A stretch of 64,000 nt of DNA, from assembly GCA_018335795.1 (NCBI GenBank), contig JAGXRP010000033.1, forward strand, positions 5,973-69,972, given 5' to 3'. The notes beneath the pieces are model-generated. The model searched no databases. It was not told where the DNA came from and worked only from the letters and a program-made list of their open reading frames with translations. Numbering within the stretch: position 1 is the first letter of the stretch; every line of letters begins with the position of its first letter. The position numbers and the translations under genes were made by a program. The DNA is from Desulfobulbaceae bacterium. Lineage in GTDB: Bacteria > Bacteroidota > Ignavibacteria > Kapaibacteriales > UBA2268. Below are positions 21,233 through 31,144 of the stretch, one piece after another.

Positions 21233-21260
21233 GGTTGCCAACGCCCAGATATTCGCAACT
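21233..21260. other. 11-6-11 imperfect inverted repeat, candidate tyrosine-recombinase (attI/dif-like) site
   Basis: GGTTGCCAACG-cccaga-TATTCGCAACT; arms match 7/11 inverted; contains the GTT core just upstream of the first cassette ORF. Confidence 0.45.
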
Positions 21261-21493
21261 ACTATTATAACAAAATTTTCGGCTTTCTATTCTCACCTAT
21301 CTACATCTTTTCAATAAGTGTTTTACAAATATACAACAAAGACTTGAAAATGCAAGAGAAAAAAAGGACAAATTGAATCGTGGGCTTCAGGTCTATACGC
21401 TGTTTCTTAAATCAGCATCTAATTTTAAAACACTGCCCTGTCCTAAAATATATTTACAGACCTCAATCAGAAAAAGAACTGAACACATCCAAT

Positions 21494-22303
21494 TTAATAT
21501 TCCTTACTGAATTCCATAATAATTTCCGGATTCAGCTTTTCATTTTTCCTGAGTTCGGCAAATTTATCCAACAAATCGTCGGCAGTCAGGTTTTGCTTAT
21601 CTTTCAGAGAAAGTGATTCAATAATTTCACCACGATACATCATAATTGTTTTATTGCCCAATGCTAAGGCTTGTTGCATCGAATGAGTTACCATCACAGT
21701 TGTGAGATTATATTGTTCGACAAATTTCTTAGTTAAATTGATAATCAATGAAGCTGATTTTGGGTCCAATGCTGCAGTATGTTCGTCCAATAATAACACG
21801 TTCGGTTTTGTCATCACTGCCATCAGCAATGTAATAGCTTGTCTTTGTCCACCCGAAAGCGAACCGATGAAATTATCCAATCTATCTTCCAATTGCATTT
21901 CCAAATCTTTAACGATTGCCTTGTATTCATCTAATTTTGATGAACCAAGTCCCAAAATCGGCATTCTGGTTTTACCTCTCAATGCTGCCAAATGCAAATT
22001 CTCTGCGATACTCATTCCTGGGGCTGTTCCGGAAAAGGGATTTTGGAAAACCCGTGCTATATGTTTGGCTCTATCATATTCTGGCATAAAAGTCACATCA
22101 ACATCTGCAATCTTAACACTGCCTTCATCGCCGATAAAAGTCCCCGCAATAGCATTCAACAAAGTTGATTTTCCGGAGCCGTTTGTACCGATAATCGTGA
22201 TGAAATCACCATCTTCAACTTCGAGATTGATGTTTTTCAGTGCATACACCTCGTTTATTGTGCCACGATTGAATACTTTATGAAAATCCTTGATTTGTAT
22301 CAT
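21494..22303 (-). CDS. ABC transporter ATP-binding protein (aromatic amino acid TrpXYZ-type)
   Basis: GTNGSGKS, LSGGQRQ, LLDEHTAALDP. Confidence 0.92.
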   Translation of the reverse strand: MIQIKDFHKVFNRGTINEVYALKNINLEVEDGDFITIIGTNGSGKSTLLNAIAGTFIGDEGSVKIADVDVTFMPEYDRAKHIARVFQNPFSGTAPGMSIAENLHLAALRGKTRMPILGLGSSKLDEYKAIVKDLEMQLEDRLDNFIGSLSGGQRQAITLLMAVMTKPNVLLLDEHTAALDPKSASLIINLTKKFVEQYNLTTVMVTHSMQQALALGNKTIMMYRGEIIESLSLKDKQNLTADDLLDKFAELRKNEKLNPEIIMEFSKEY

Positions 22304-25134
22304 TTTTTTATCTCCTTCGAATCTTTTATGACCATTTCAGCACGATTTATCAAAGCATCGCTTAACTTTATTCCTAATTTTTCAGCAACATCCAAATTCA
22401 AGAAAAAACTCGTCATAGTAGTTTGCATAATTGGCATTTTTGCCGGACTTTCCCCATTCAAAACTCTGACAGCATAAGTGCCACCGTCAAAACCTGTTCG
22501 GTGATAATTTGGTCCCAAAATAGCAATAGTTTTATTTGTGATAAATTCGGCATCAACCGAAAAAACGGGAATATTCTTAGCTTCAGCCACTTTGACAAAG
22601 CTGTCATAACTCACGTTCAAAGTGTTGTCGCCGCCATTCATAAATATTTGAGCACCTTTATTCACCAAAGCATTGGATGCATCTAAAACTTCGGACGGAT
22701 TGGTCACAGTTGATTCAATCACTTCAAGTCCAATCTTAGGAGCATATTGCCTAATCTTACTAACGACTGATTCCGAGTTTGCTTCGGATGAATTCCAGAC
22801 TAAACCTAATTTAGTTCGGTTTGGCAACATTTCCTTAATCAAATCCAACATTCCTTCGATAGGAGGGAAGCACGCATAACCGGTGAAATTCGGCAGGTGG
22901 TCTGTTGGCGATTTTGCAGCTCCGATTTTATACGGGTCGTAAATGTAAGTAAATACGACAACCGGCTTGGTTCTATTTCCAACCATTTGAACAGCTGCTT
23001 GGACTACAGGTGTTGACAAAGGTACGATGATATCAACTTCGCGTGAAATCAAATCCTGCATTATTGAATTTATCATCGAAAAATCTGCGTTTGCATTTCG
23101 ATAAATGATTTCAACATTCTCGCCATCGAAATAGCCATTGCTGTTCAAAGCCTTTATGAACCCTTCTTTTGCAAGTTCAACATTCGGCTCCATTGCGAAT
23201 TGAACCATCCCGATTTTCATCATTTTTTTGACATCTTTCTTTCCGACAAATTTATTCGCTTTGAATTTCAATTCATCTGAAAAGGTAATATTCAATTTTT
23301 CAGCTACATCATTATTCAATCCGAAAGTTAATTTCGTATATCGGCTGAATGGGATGTCTGCCGGTTTTTCGCCATTAAGCACACGATTAACAATGTGAGC
23401 AGCATCTTGACCGCTTGATTTATAATCATATCCCAAAGCTGCTAATGCGCCATCATTAAGCCGTTCTACATCATTTATGAAAATTGGAATTTTATTCATC
23501 TCTGCAACTTTGGCGACTGCATCAAAAGCAGCAAAAACAGTATTTTCCGGCACGAGAACAAAAGCATCAATTTTTTTCTGCACCAAAGATGTGGCAGCTT
23601 CGCGAACTTCAGAAGTAGAAGTGATAGTCGCACCTTCAAAGCTCATATCGGGATATTTAGTTAATTCATGCTTCAAATTATCTACGTTGAATTCGGAGTT
23701 AGCTTGTCCGGCGTTCCAAATAGTGCCAATTTTTAATTTACGCGGAAAAATTTCTCTTACTAGTTCAAGAGTTTTATCCATCGGAGCCCATCCATAAACG
23801 CCTGTAACATTTTGTAAGTGGCTCGAATCCGAAGTACCTGCATTAATTATGAAAGGATTTGCAACGGTAGCAAACACTACCGGAATATCCTTCACTTTAG
23901 TGATTGCAACTTGTGTTGCAGGTGTGGAAATAGTTAAAATCAAATCTACTTTGCTCATTACAAAATTATCAATAATCGAATTTAGAGTTGCCAAATCACC
24001 ATTTGCATCTTGAATTTTGAAGTCAATATTATGTCCGTCATTATATCCGAGCTTTTTCATTTCCTCTAAAAAACCTTCACGTGTCATATCCAAAATCGGG
24101 TTGCTATCAATTTGGACAATTCCGACTACATGTTTAATATCCGAACTGACCTTTCGGGAATCGAACAATTTATTTAAACCATAAATAGTCGCAATTCCGA
24201 GCAATGCAACAACTACTACATAGAAAACTTTTTTATTTACTTTTACGCTTAGTGGTTTCTTACGATTTTTATCATTTTGGGAAAGTCTCAAACCAATAAA
24301 TAATGTTCCAAGAACAAAAAGTGAAGTCAACAATTTCAAATCAATTGGATTCATTCCTGCAAACAAGGCAAGGGCAATCATCAATCTGAAAATAATCGAA
24401 CCAACAACAGCGCTTGCAATTTTCACAAAAATTGACCTTGATTTGAAAATTGATTCGCCTATAATCACTGCTGCCAGCCCATTAATTATCATACCGATAC
24501 CCATTCCAATATCTGCAAAACCCTGATACTGGGCTATCATACCACCCGAAAATGCAATCATACCATTAGAAAGAGCAATTCCGAAAATTTTCATAGAATC
24601 AACATTCACACCCAGCGCTGAACTCATTATAGGGTTATTTCCCGTAGCAATTAATGACATTCCCAAATCCGATTTGAAAAATAATGCCACTTTTACCGAA
24701 AATAGCCCAACAATGACTATCATACATATTGCTAACCAAAATTCAATTCCAATTCCCGGATTAAAGCTGTCCAAAATATTTGTAAAGCTCGGGCTGTTCA
24801 ACAGTGGAACGTTGCTTCGTCCCATGATGTGCAAATTGATTGAATAAAGCCCAATCATGACCAAAATACCCGAAAGCAGCCCGTTCACTCGCATTTTTGT
24901 ATGAATAATCCCCGTGACCGAACCTGCTAACATACCTCCAAAAGAGGCTATTATCAATGCAATCAACGGATTTGTCCCACCAACAATCAATACTGATGTA
25001 ATTGCTGCCCCGAAAGTAAAACTTCCGTCAACAGTTATATCAGGGAAATCGAGAAACTTATACGTCAGGTAAATCCCAATTGTCATAAATCCGTATATCA
25101 AGCCTAAATTAATCGCACCTATCCATAGTTCCAT
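22300..25134 (-). CDS. ABC permease fused to two tandem substrate-binding domains
   Basis: N-terminal permease (DITVDGSF, GLYSINL, QGFADIGMG) followed by two ABC_sub_bind-like repeats (STPATQ / STPVVQ). Confidence 0.85.
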   Translation of the reverse strand: MELWIGAINLGLIYGFMTIGIYLTYKFLDFPDITVDGSFTFGAAITSVLIVGGTNPLIALIIASFGGMLAGSVTGIIHTKMRVNGLLSGILVMIGLYSINLHIMGRSNVPLLNSPSFTNILDSFNPGIGIEFWLAICMIVIVGLFSVKVALFFKSDLGMSLIATGNNPIMSSALGVNVDSMKIFGIALSNGMIAFSGGMIAQYQGFADIGMGIGMIINGLAAVIIGESIFKSRSIFVKIASAVVGSIIFRLMIALALFAGMNPIDLKLLTSLFVLGTLFIGLRLSQNDKNRKKPLSVKVNKKVFYVVVVALLGIATIYGLNKLFDSRKVSSDIKHVVGIVQIDSNPILDMTREGFLEEMKKLGYNDGHNIDFKIQDANGDLATLNSIIDNFVMSKVDLILTISTPATQVAITKVKDIPVVFATVANPFIINAGTSDSSHLQNVTGVYGWAPMDKTLELVREIFPRKLKIGTIWNAGQANSEFNVDNLKHELTKYPDMSFEGATITSTSEVREAATSLVQKKIDAFVLVPENTVFAAFDAVAKVAEMNKIPIFINDVERLNDGALAALGYDYKSSGQDAAHIVNRVLNGEKPADIPFSRYTKLTFGLNNDVAEKLNITFSDELKFKANKFVGKKDVKKMMKIGMVQFAMEPNVELAKEGFIKALNSNGYFDGENVEIIYRNANADFSMINSIMQDLISREVDIIVPLSTPVVQAAVQMVGNRTKPVVVFTYIYDPYKIGAAKSPTDHLPNFTGYACFPPIEGMLDLIKEMLPNRTKLGLVWNSSEANSESVVSKIRQYAPKIGLEVIESTVTNPSEVLDASNALVNKGAQIFMNGGDNTLNVSYDSFVKVAEAKNIPVFSVDAEFITNKTIAILGPNYHRTGFDGGTYAVRVLNGESPAKMPIMQTTMTSFFLNLDVAEKLGIKLSDALINRAEMVIKDSKEIKK

Positions 25135-25135
25135 A

Positions 25136-26368
25136 TTATGCCTCCAACTTAATTATACCCAAACATCCAAAGCTGAAACGCGATTTGCCCAACAAATGTT
25201 TAAGTCGGAGCGGATTCAATTCCTGTTGCACTTTCTTGAGCTCATCGTCGAAAAAGTGAATTTTATAGCTCAAAACATCTCTGTCAAAAATCCCGACATG
25301 TAAATGATAGTTAAGCTCAGACGGGAAAGCTGACACATTTTTATTGAAAAACGAACTTCCCTTATCAGCATAAATACCCACGCCAGCTGCAATCAAATTT
25401 ACATCCTCAGCTTCGATAGGGTAATTGAACCAATTGGAAAAATTATCAGGATGGAAAATATCTTGATTATTCGCAGGTTTGTTTTGTGTCGTGGGGACTT
25501 TTTTGATGCTTATACCACGAATTCCTTTGCTTTCAGCCAAAAAAACGATACCAAATGAATTCAATCCCGAAAGTTCGCTAACTCCGGCTAAAATATCTTC
25601 AAAATCAGCACCATCAGTTGTTGCATCGAAAGAAACCTTTGCATAAAACTCACCCGAGAATGAGAATCCGTCAGCAAAGTTGTATTTAATATCATCTGCC
25701 TCAGTATCGAATTGCATAAAATCAACCGCAGGGCGATTCACCGCTGGATAGTAGAAAAGCGAGTTTTGGAGGACCAGTGCCTCGCCGAAATAATTTTTGC
25801 AATCATCAAAATTATCACCTAGAGCAGCATTGCCAACGCCATATTGAATTTCTATAGGCGATAAAGACCTGACATCAGCCACAGTAATCGAGGAATTTCG
25901 GATATTATCGTAATTCGTGAAATTTGAAAACTTTCCGCTCGGGGCGTCAAATTGCTGATATTCAAACTTAATTCCGTTCCGAGTAGAGCTGACAAGTTCT
26001 GACTCAACTTTTTGTGTCGAAATCAAGGGCAGAAGCTCAGCCTCGTTCGCCACAATCTTAAAAACCCTGTCAAAACCGCTCATCTTGAAGATTTTAAAGA
26101 TGCTGTCGTTCATCCGGTACATCACCATCAAACCGCCCGCTCCTGCGAGTTTTTGCTGACTTACAAGCAAGACCCGTAATCCCGCAGAACTCACAAAATT
26201 CACTCCGTCGCAATCCATCACAATAACTCTTTCACCGGAAGCAATAATTTGTGACAATTTATTAGCGAGCTCCGACGAAGTAACGCCGTCAATTCTGCCA
26301 TCCACAGCCAAAACGTCGCGTCCGGCAATCTTATAATCCCGAAATTCAATCATTTTGCACATCCCCAT
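25136..26368 (-). CDS. STAS (anti-anti-sigma) domain protein with large uncharacterised C-terminal domain
   Basis: GRIDG, VNFVSSAGLRVLL, IFKMSGF; start may be 26353. Confidence 0.8.
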   Translation of the reverse strand: MGMCKMIEFRDYKIAGRDVLAVDGRIDGVTSSELANKLSQIIASGERVIVMDCDGVNFVSSAGLRVLLVSQQKLAGAGGLMVMYRMNDSIFKIFKMSGFDRVFKIVANEAELLPLISTQKVESELVSSTRNGIKFEYQQFDAPSGKFSNFTNYDNIRNSSITVADVRSLSPIEIQYGVGNAALGDNFDDCKNYFGEALVLQNSLFYYPAVNRPAVDFMQFDTEADDIKYNFADGFSFSGEFYAKVSFDATTDGADFEDILAGVSELSGLNSFGIVFLAESKGIRGISIKKVPTTQNKPANNQDIFHPDNFSNWFNYPIEAEDVNLIAAGVGIYADKGSSFFNKNVSAFPSELNYHLHVGIFDRDVLSYKIHFFDDELKKVQQELNPLRLKHLLGKSRFSFGCLGIIKLEA

Positions 26369-26420
26369 TGATACAAATATTCAAAAATAGTAATTCTTAG
26401 CATGTGGACATCAGCATACC

Positions 26421-26460
26421 AAAAAAAAAGAAAAGATTGACTATCAATCAATCTTTCTCT
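26421..26460 (-). terminator. Intrinsic terminator of the surface-protein operon
   Basis: aaagattga-ctatcaa-tcaatcttt hairpin with A9 on its left. Confidence 0.75.
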
Positions 26461-26481
26461 AAATTTTATGCTTAGTACACA

Positions 26482-29400
26482 CTATTTAACTAACATCACT
26501 TTCTCCGTCTTAGTACTCCACGGCGAAATCATAATTACGTTATAAATGCCAGATGGATATTCGGATAAGTCAATCAACATCTCATTTGATTCAGGCTCAG
26601 ACTTTGAATTCCTGACCCAGGAACTCCTATAAACTTCGTTTCCAATAGAATTTGTGATGATAATATTGAAATTACCAACTTCGGAACTAACAACGTTTGC
26701 AGTAAAAGCACCTTCCGTTACATTTGGTTTGACTATCATTTTGGTTACTATTATTATATCGAAGTGTCGAAGAGGGAATTGACAATGATTAATACCCAAA
26801 CTACCATTATGCATTTCAGTGTTAATATTATTCTCAAGCCATTCAAAGTCGCTAATGTTTATTGAATGATTGAGAGAGTCTGCTAATAAAACTCTACCAC
26901 AAATATAATTAATTATATGATCTCCTTCAATCAAATTTGTAGAATCAGTAATTTCAATAATGTAATAGTCATTGCTTTTGTCAACTATCGTCATCGTTCC
27001 ATATTTTACTTCTTCCGGTAAAAAGAATGATTTATTCAAATCCAATCTCAACTTATAAGCAAATCTTCCTGTAAGATATTCATTACAATATAGACTGGCA
27101 TAAATTGGAACACATACGAAATCATCAATTTCAACTATTGTGTCAGCCACCCAGACTTTTGACTTCGTTTCAGAAATTTTGCCTGCAATTGGTATATTAA
27201 TTTCAGAATAACATGGCTCTGTTAGAATAACTAATAAAGTATCAAATAAATCATTGTCATAAATCATTGTTGAATAATCGAAATTCAATTTATAATTTTC
27301 TTTAGGTTTTAAATTATAAGGCAATGGTGAATCAATAGAAAGAGATAAACCATTCAAAGGAGATTTCAAAATAATCTTGTCTATAAGTACATTAAAATCA
27401 TTCGAATTCAATATGCTTTTATCAATTTGACTTATTTCATGCAGGCAAAATTCACCTAAGTCTATATGTTCAGGTTCAAGTTTTGAAGGACTTATTTCAC
27501 TAACAGTCTTAGATAATGTAGTTGAACATCCGTCACTCAATATAACTTCGACAGAATAGGTTCCAGGACCTACTTTTGTTATTTTGGGAGTGGTTTCGCC
27601 TGAAGACCACAAATATCCATCAGCATCTTTATAATCTACTTCCAATTCAAAGGATTCATCTTTACAAACCGAATTGGGTCCTATAATTTGTATATTTGGA
27701 ACATCAATCCAAAATAAATCAAAGCTACCATTGTATTCGCAGCCATCAATGTCAAAACATCTAACTAAATAGGTTCCTGGCGATTTTATAACAATACTTT
27801 TTGAAGATTGCCCGGTTGACCATTCAATGTTTTCAAAATCACCTTGAATGAAAACTTCGGTACTATCGCCTGAACAAAGATAATTATCACCTTGGATTTC
27901 AATATCTTTAATTGGCAATACATTTACCCAAACAGAATCATAATAAACGCAACCGGTAATTTTATTAGTCAATGTTAATGAATAAACAGTGGATTTTGTT
28001 GGGTTAACACTTGGGTTTGGTGCAGTTATATCATCAATATCAGTGTTAGGTTTCCAATTATGAGAATAAACATTTTCATCATATCCAAATAATTGAACTT
28101 TACCACCATAACATAGATCATGACTCAATTTCTTAAGTTGTAAAGGTGGACAATCACAACTTCTCAATGAAATGTTATCCAAAGCGAAAATTTCGGGAGA
28201 TTCGGAATTGACACTAATTATAACTTCAATATTTTGATTAGCGCTAGAAGTCCATCCATATACATAATTCTTTAAAACGCAGGGACCCTCAGCATGTATA
28301 AATGGATATTGAATTTCTACCCCATTGATTAAAATAGATAGGTTAGAGAATGATTTGTCTGAAACAGGGATAAAATCAAATGAAAACAAATATTCTGAAT
28401 TTGGTTCAACTGTCGTTTCATATCTGAGTACTTCATTTAAACCCGTTAATGTGTGACAAAAAACAAAATTATTGTCAGTACCAAAAAGTACACAACTGTC
28501 ATTTTGATTGATAGGATTCGCATTTGTAATCGCAAATGAACCGGGATTTTGAAATTCATTAATGTCATCTAAATTGATTTCATTTAAATTACTTGTAAAG
28601 AAAATTTCTTTGCTTTCAAAATCTCCATAGGAAATCAATTCATCGCCTTTAGGATCACAATGACTAACCTGTGAAATATAATTTTGTACAAAAGTCGGCA
28701 GTCCTAATCTGCTTGATGCACCATTCAGCATTGCCATGCCCTTACTAACAAAATCACAGTCTTTACCAGGCTCATTTGGTTTTTTAATTACGCCTAGATA
28801 TTGATCGCCGTCTTGCGCTACATAAATTTTACCATTTATACCTAGTTGTAAAGACCCAAAGTAAAATGTTGCAGTTTTGTTTTCAGCTAAAATTATCATG
28901 CTATTAAGAATTTCTTGTTCTGATTGTTTTGATACATCCATCTGAATTAATCTACAGGGTTGAAACAATGACGCATATAAGTATTTACCATCAGGAGAAA
29001 ACTCAACTCCATAGGGCCATGAGAAGTATGGATGTTGTAAATTATTTGTTAATGTCATCTTACCTGAATAATTATCAAAATCAAACAACTCGATGACACC
29101 GGCAAATGAGTGAGTTGATGCTATACGCTTGCCGTCAACAGTTGACTTCAATGTGTGACCTGTAGGTCTATTAGCTGTATTTATACCATTACTTATTACC
29201 GGGTCACCTACAACTCCATTTTCATCTACTTTATAAGCCAAGTAATTTGTTGTTTGAGAGATGTGAACAATAACCCAAAAGTCCTTTTGATTTGCATGTG
29301 GAATAGCCAAAACCCGTTCAATCGGTTTAGGATGAATATTAATGTTTTTGGTTGTGACCTTCCCTAAACCACCATTCTGACTCATATCCACAATAGACAT

Positions 29401-29787
29401 GTTTAACCCACGGCTATTTGATTCAACAGCATCAACAGTAAAAATGTAATATTGATTATCGTGTAATGGTCTGCGTAATGCTATTGATGATTGAGTAGCA
29501 GAGTTGTGACCTAATAAACCGTTGCCACCATCCATTACCATATTTTTTTTGTTCCATACTGTTACACCATTGGTATAAAACAATAGATTTCCATTTTTAT
29601 CTGAAATTGAAGCACAACCTTCCCAGGAATTGAGTTGAGACCCATTAACAAAAACAGGTTCGTTGTTATGAGTATTAAAAGTAATCGCTGCATTTTGACC
29701 GAAATTCCAATTTGTTGTCTCTTTTTGGCTTAACAAATTGATTATTGAACCCAAAAACATAATAATAATGAAAATGAAATTTTTCAT
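26482..29787 (-). CDS. Secreted beta-propeller/Ig-repeat protein with T9SS C-terminal domain
   Basis: NWNFG, EGCASISD..GNLLFYTNG, YGVEFSPDG, GLPTF; YLWSSGETT..PGTYSV repeats; CTD PN...SGIYNV...KVMLVK. Confidence 0.8.
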   Translation of the reverse strand: MKNFIFIIIMFLGSIINLLSQKETTNWNFGQNAAITFNTHNNEPVFVNGSQLNSWEGCASISDKNGNLLFYTNGVTVWNKKNMVMDGGNGLLGHNSATQSSIALRRPLHDNQYYIFTVDAVESNSRGLNMSIVDMSQNGGLGKVTTKNINIHPKPIERVLAIPHANQKDFWVIVHISQTTNYLAYKVDENGVVGDPVISNGINTANRPTGHTLKSTVDGKRIASTHSFAGVIELFDFDNYSGKMTLTNNLQHPYFSWPYGVEFSPDGKYLYASLFQPCRLIQMDVSKQSEQEILNSMIILAENKTATFYFGSLQLGINGKIYVAQDGDQYLGVIKKPNEPGKDCDFVSKGMAMLNGASSRLGLPTFVQNYISQVSHCDPKGDELISYGDFESKEIFFTSNLNEINLDDINEFQNPGSFAITNANPINQNDSCVLFGTDNNFVFCHTLTGLNEVLRYETTVEPNSEYLFSFDFIPVSDKSFSNLSILINGVEIQYPFIHAEGPCVLKNYVYGWTSSANQNIEVIISVNSESPEIFALDNISLRSCDCPPLQLKKLSHDLCYGGKVQLFGYDENVYSHNWKPNTDIDDITAPNPSVNPTKSTVYSLTLTNKITGCVYYDSVWVNVLPIKDIEIQGDNYLCSGDSTEVFIQGDFENIEWSTGQSSKSIVIKSPGTYLVRCFDIDGCEYNGSFDLFWIDVPNIQIIGPNSVCKDESFELEVDYKDADGYLWSSGETTPKITKVGPGTYSVEVILSDGCSTTLSKTVSEISPSKLEPEHIDLGEFCLHEISQIDKSILNSNDFNVLIDKIILKSPLNGLSLSIDSPLPYNLKPKENYKLNFDYSTMIYDNDLFDTLLVILTEPCYSEINIPIAGKISETKSKVWVADTIVEIDDFVCVPIYASLYCNEYLTGRFAYKLRLDLNKSFFLPEEVKYGTMTIVDKSNDYYIIEITDSTNLIEGDHIINYICGRVLLADSLNHSINISDFEWLENNINTEMHNGSLGINHCQFPLRHFDIIIVTKMIVKPNVTEGAFTANVVSSEVGNFNIIITNSIGNEVYRSSWVRNSKSEPESNEMLIDLSEYPSGIYNVIMISPWSTKTEKVMLVK

Positions 29788-29799
29788 GGTAGCCTCGAT

Positions 29800-31065
29800 T
29801 TATTGTTTTGCTAATTGCGAGATATCTGCTTTGGTTAATACTTTGTTGTAAATCTTCAAATCATCAATTGCTCCTTTGAAGATTCTATTGTTTAATGAGC
29901 GTTTACCAATGAATAAATTCAAATTTGATGGATCGGGTTGAGGGACCATGCTTTGGGCAACTTCAACGCCATTAGCATATATTATTAGGCTCGTTCCATT
30001 ATAAACAAGAGTTACGTGTGTCCAGATATTTGGTTGAACCAAAAAATCAGAAGGACAGTAACTTCTTCCACTCTGTGTTTTGTATATTTCTGAAGATATG
30101 TAACCATTTTTCAATAAAAATGCAAAACTTGACATATTTGGCGTGGCTGCACCATATCTACTTACTAAATCTACTTCACCTTCATATGTATTGCCATATC
30201 CAGGATCCGGCTTGACCCACAAAGCTATTGTAAAAGTTTTTGTGAAATCCATAAATGTAGATTTCATAACTTCAACGTATGCTGAGCCATTGAAGTAAGC
30301 AGCAGAATTGTCTTTCCCAAATCTGTTTTTTGTGTAAGTTATATTTGTTTGTTGGCAAGAATGAGTATAACTCGACATGTCATTGACAATATTGTCAAAA
30401 CTTAAATTCAAAATTAGAGCATCACTTGGATCTATTTCTTTATAATTGAAACTCCAAACATCACTTTCAGAATAACCACCAAAATCGTCAAAAGCTCCAA
30501 TTTTCCAGTAATATTTCGAGTTAGTGCTAAGTCCGGATAGCTGATATTCAGTTACATCAATCCCCGATTCGATAATTTGAAGACTATTAGCTGAAAGTCC
30601 AAAATATACATCATATAACAAAACATCATTTTCGGGATCTGTACACATCCAATCTAATGCTGGTTGTGAGTTCACAGTTATATCATCTGGTGGAGAGATT
30701 AATAATGGCTTATTTGGAGGATCGTTTTCTACATCAAAATTATCAAGGATTATCGTGGCTTCTGATGTTTTATTTCCCAAAATGCTAATGTTTACATACT
30801 TCGGGGAATAACCTTCTTTTTTTGCATATACTCTGTATAATCCAATTGGTACTTGAACGAAAATAAATTCTCCATTTGATTTAGAAACCAAAACTTCCGT
30901 AGGGGGAATTGTATAAATTTCAGCTCCTTCTATTGGAGACAGGTCCTTTGTAATCACTTTTCCATTTATACGCCCAAATTGACTTTCGTTATTATTTGAA
31001 TCTGATGAGCTATCACAAGAAACAATCAAAGTAGTCAAAATCAGGAGCAGCAGAAAGTTTTTCAT
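29800..31065 (-). CDS. Lipoprotein with carboxypeptidase-regulatory-like, FN3 and LamG domains
   Basis: Lipobox IVSC; DPEND.L.YDVYFG; YYWKI; WTHVTLVY and FKGAIDDLKIYN. Confidence 0.8.
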   Translation of the reverse strand: MKNFLLLLILTTLIVSCDSSSDSNNNESQFGRINGKVITKDLSPIEGAEIYTIPPTEVLVSKSNGEFIFVQVPIGLYRVYAKKEGYSPKYVNISILGNKTSEATIILDNFDVENDPPNKPLLISPPDDITVNSQPALDWMCTDPENDVLLYDVYFGLSANSLQIIESGIDVTEYQLSGLSTNSKYYWKIGAFDDFGGYSESDVWSFNYKEIDPSDALILNLSFDNIVNDMSSYTHSCQQTNITYTKNRFGKDNSAAYFNGSAYVEVMKSTFMDFTKTFTIALWVKPDPGYGNTYEGEVDLVSRYGAATPNMSSFAFLLKNGYISSEIYKTQSGRSYCPSDFLVQPNIWTHVTLVYNGTSLIIYANGVEVAQSMVPQPDPSNLNLFIGKRSLNNRIFKGAIDDLKIYNKVLTKADISQLAKQ

Positions 31066-31144
31066 AATTTTATCCAATGATTAATGAATTAGTGCCAAAT
31101 TAAGAAAATTATGTTAATTAGCAAAAGAATTGTAATATTATTTT

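Larger units (their letters stand above)
18231..21260 (-). mobile_element. Degenerate integron-like gene cassette array without integrase (CALIN-like)
   Basis: Co-oriented GNAT cargo; stop codons directly followed by ...AAC boxes; ~130-bp spacers ending in GTT boxes; terminal 11-6-11 site. Confidence 0.55.

Noticed and set aside
21380-21616. Short + strand ORF and other 60-190 aa antisense ORFs in the track
   Set aside because: They overlap well-supported genes on the opposite strand or frame and have no recognisable motifs.
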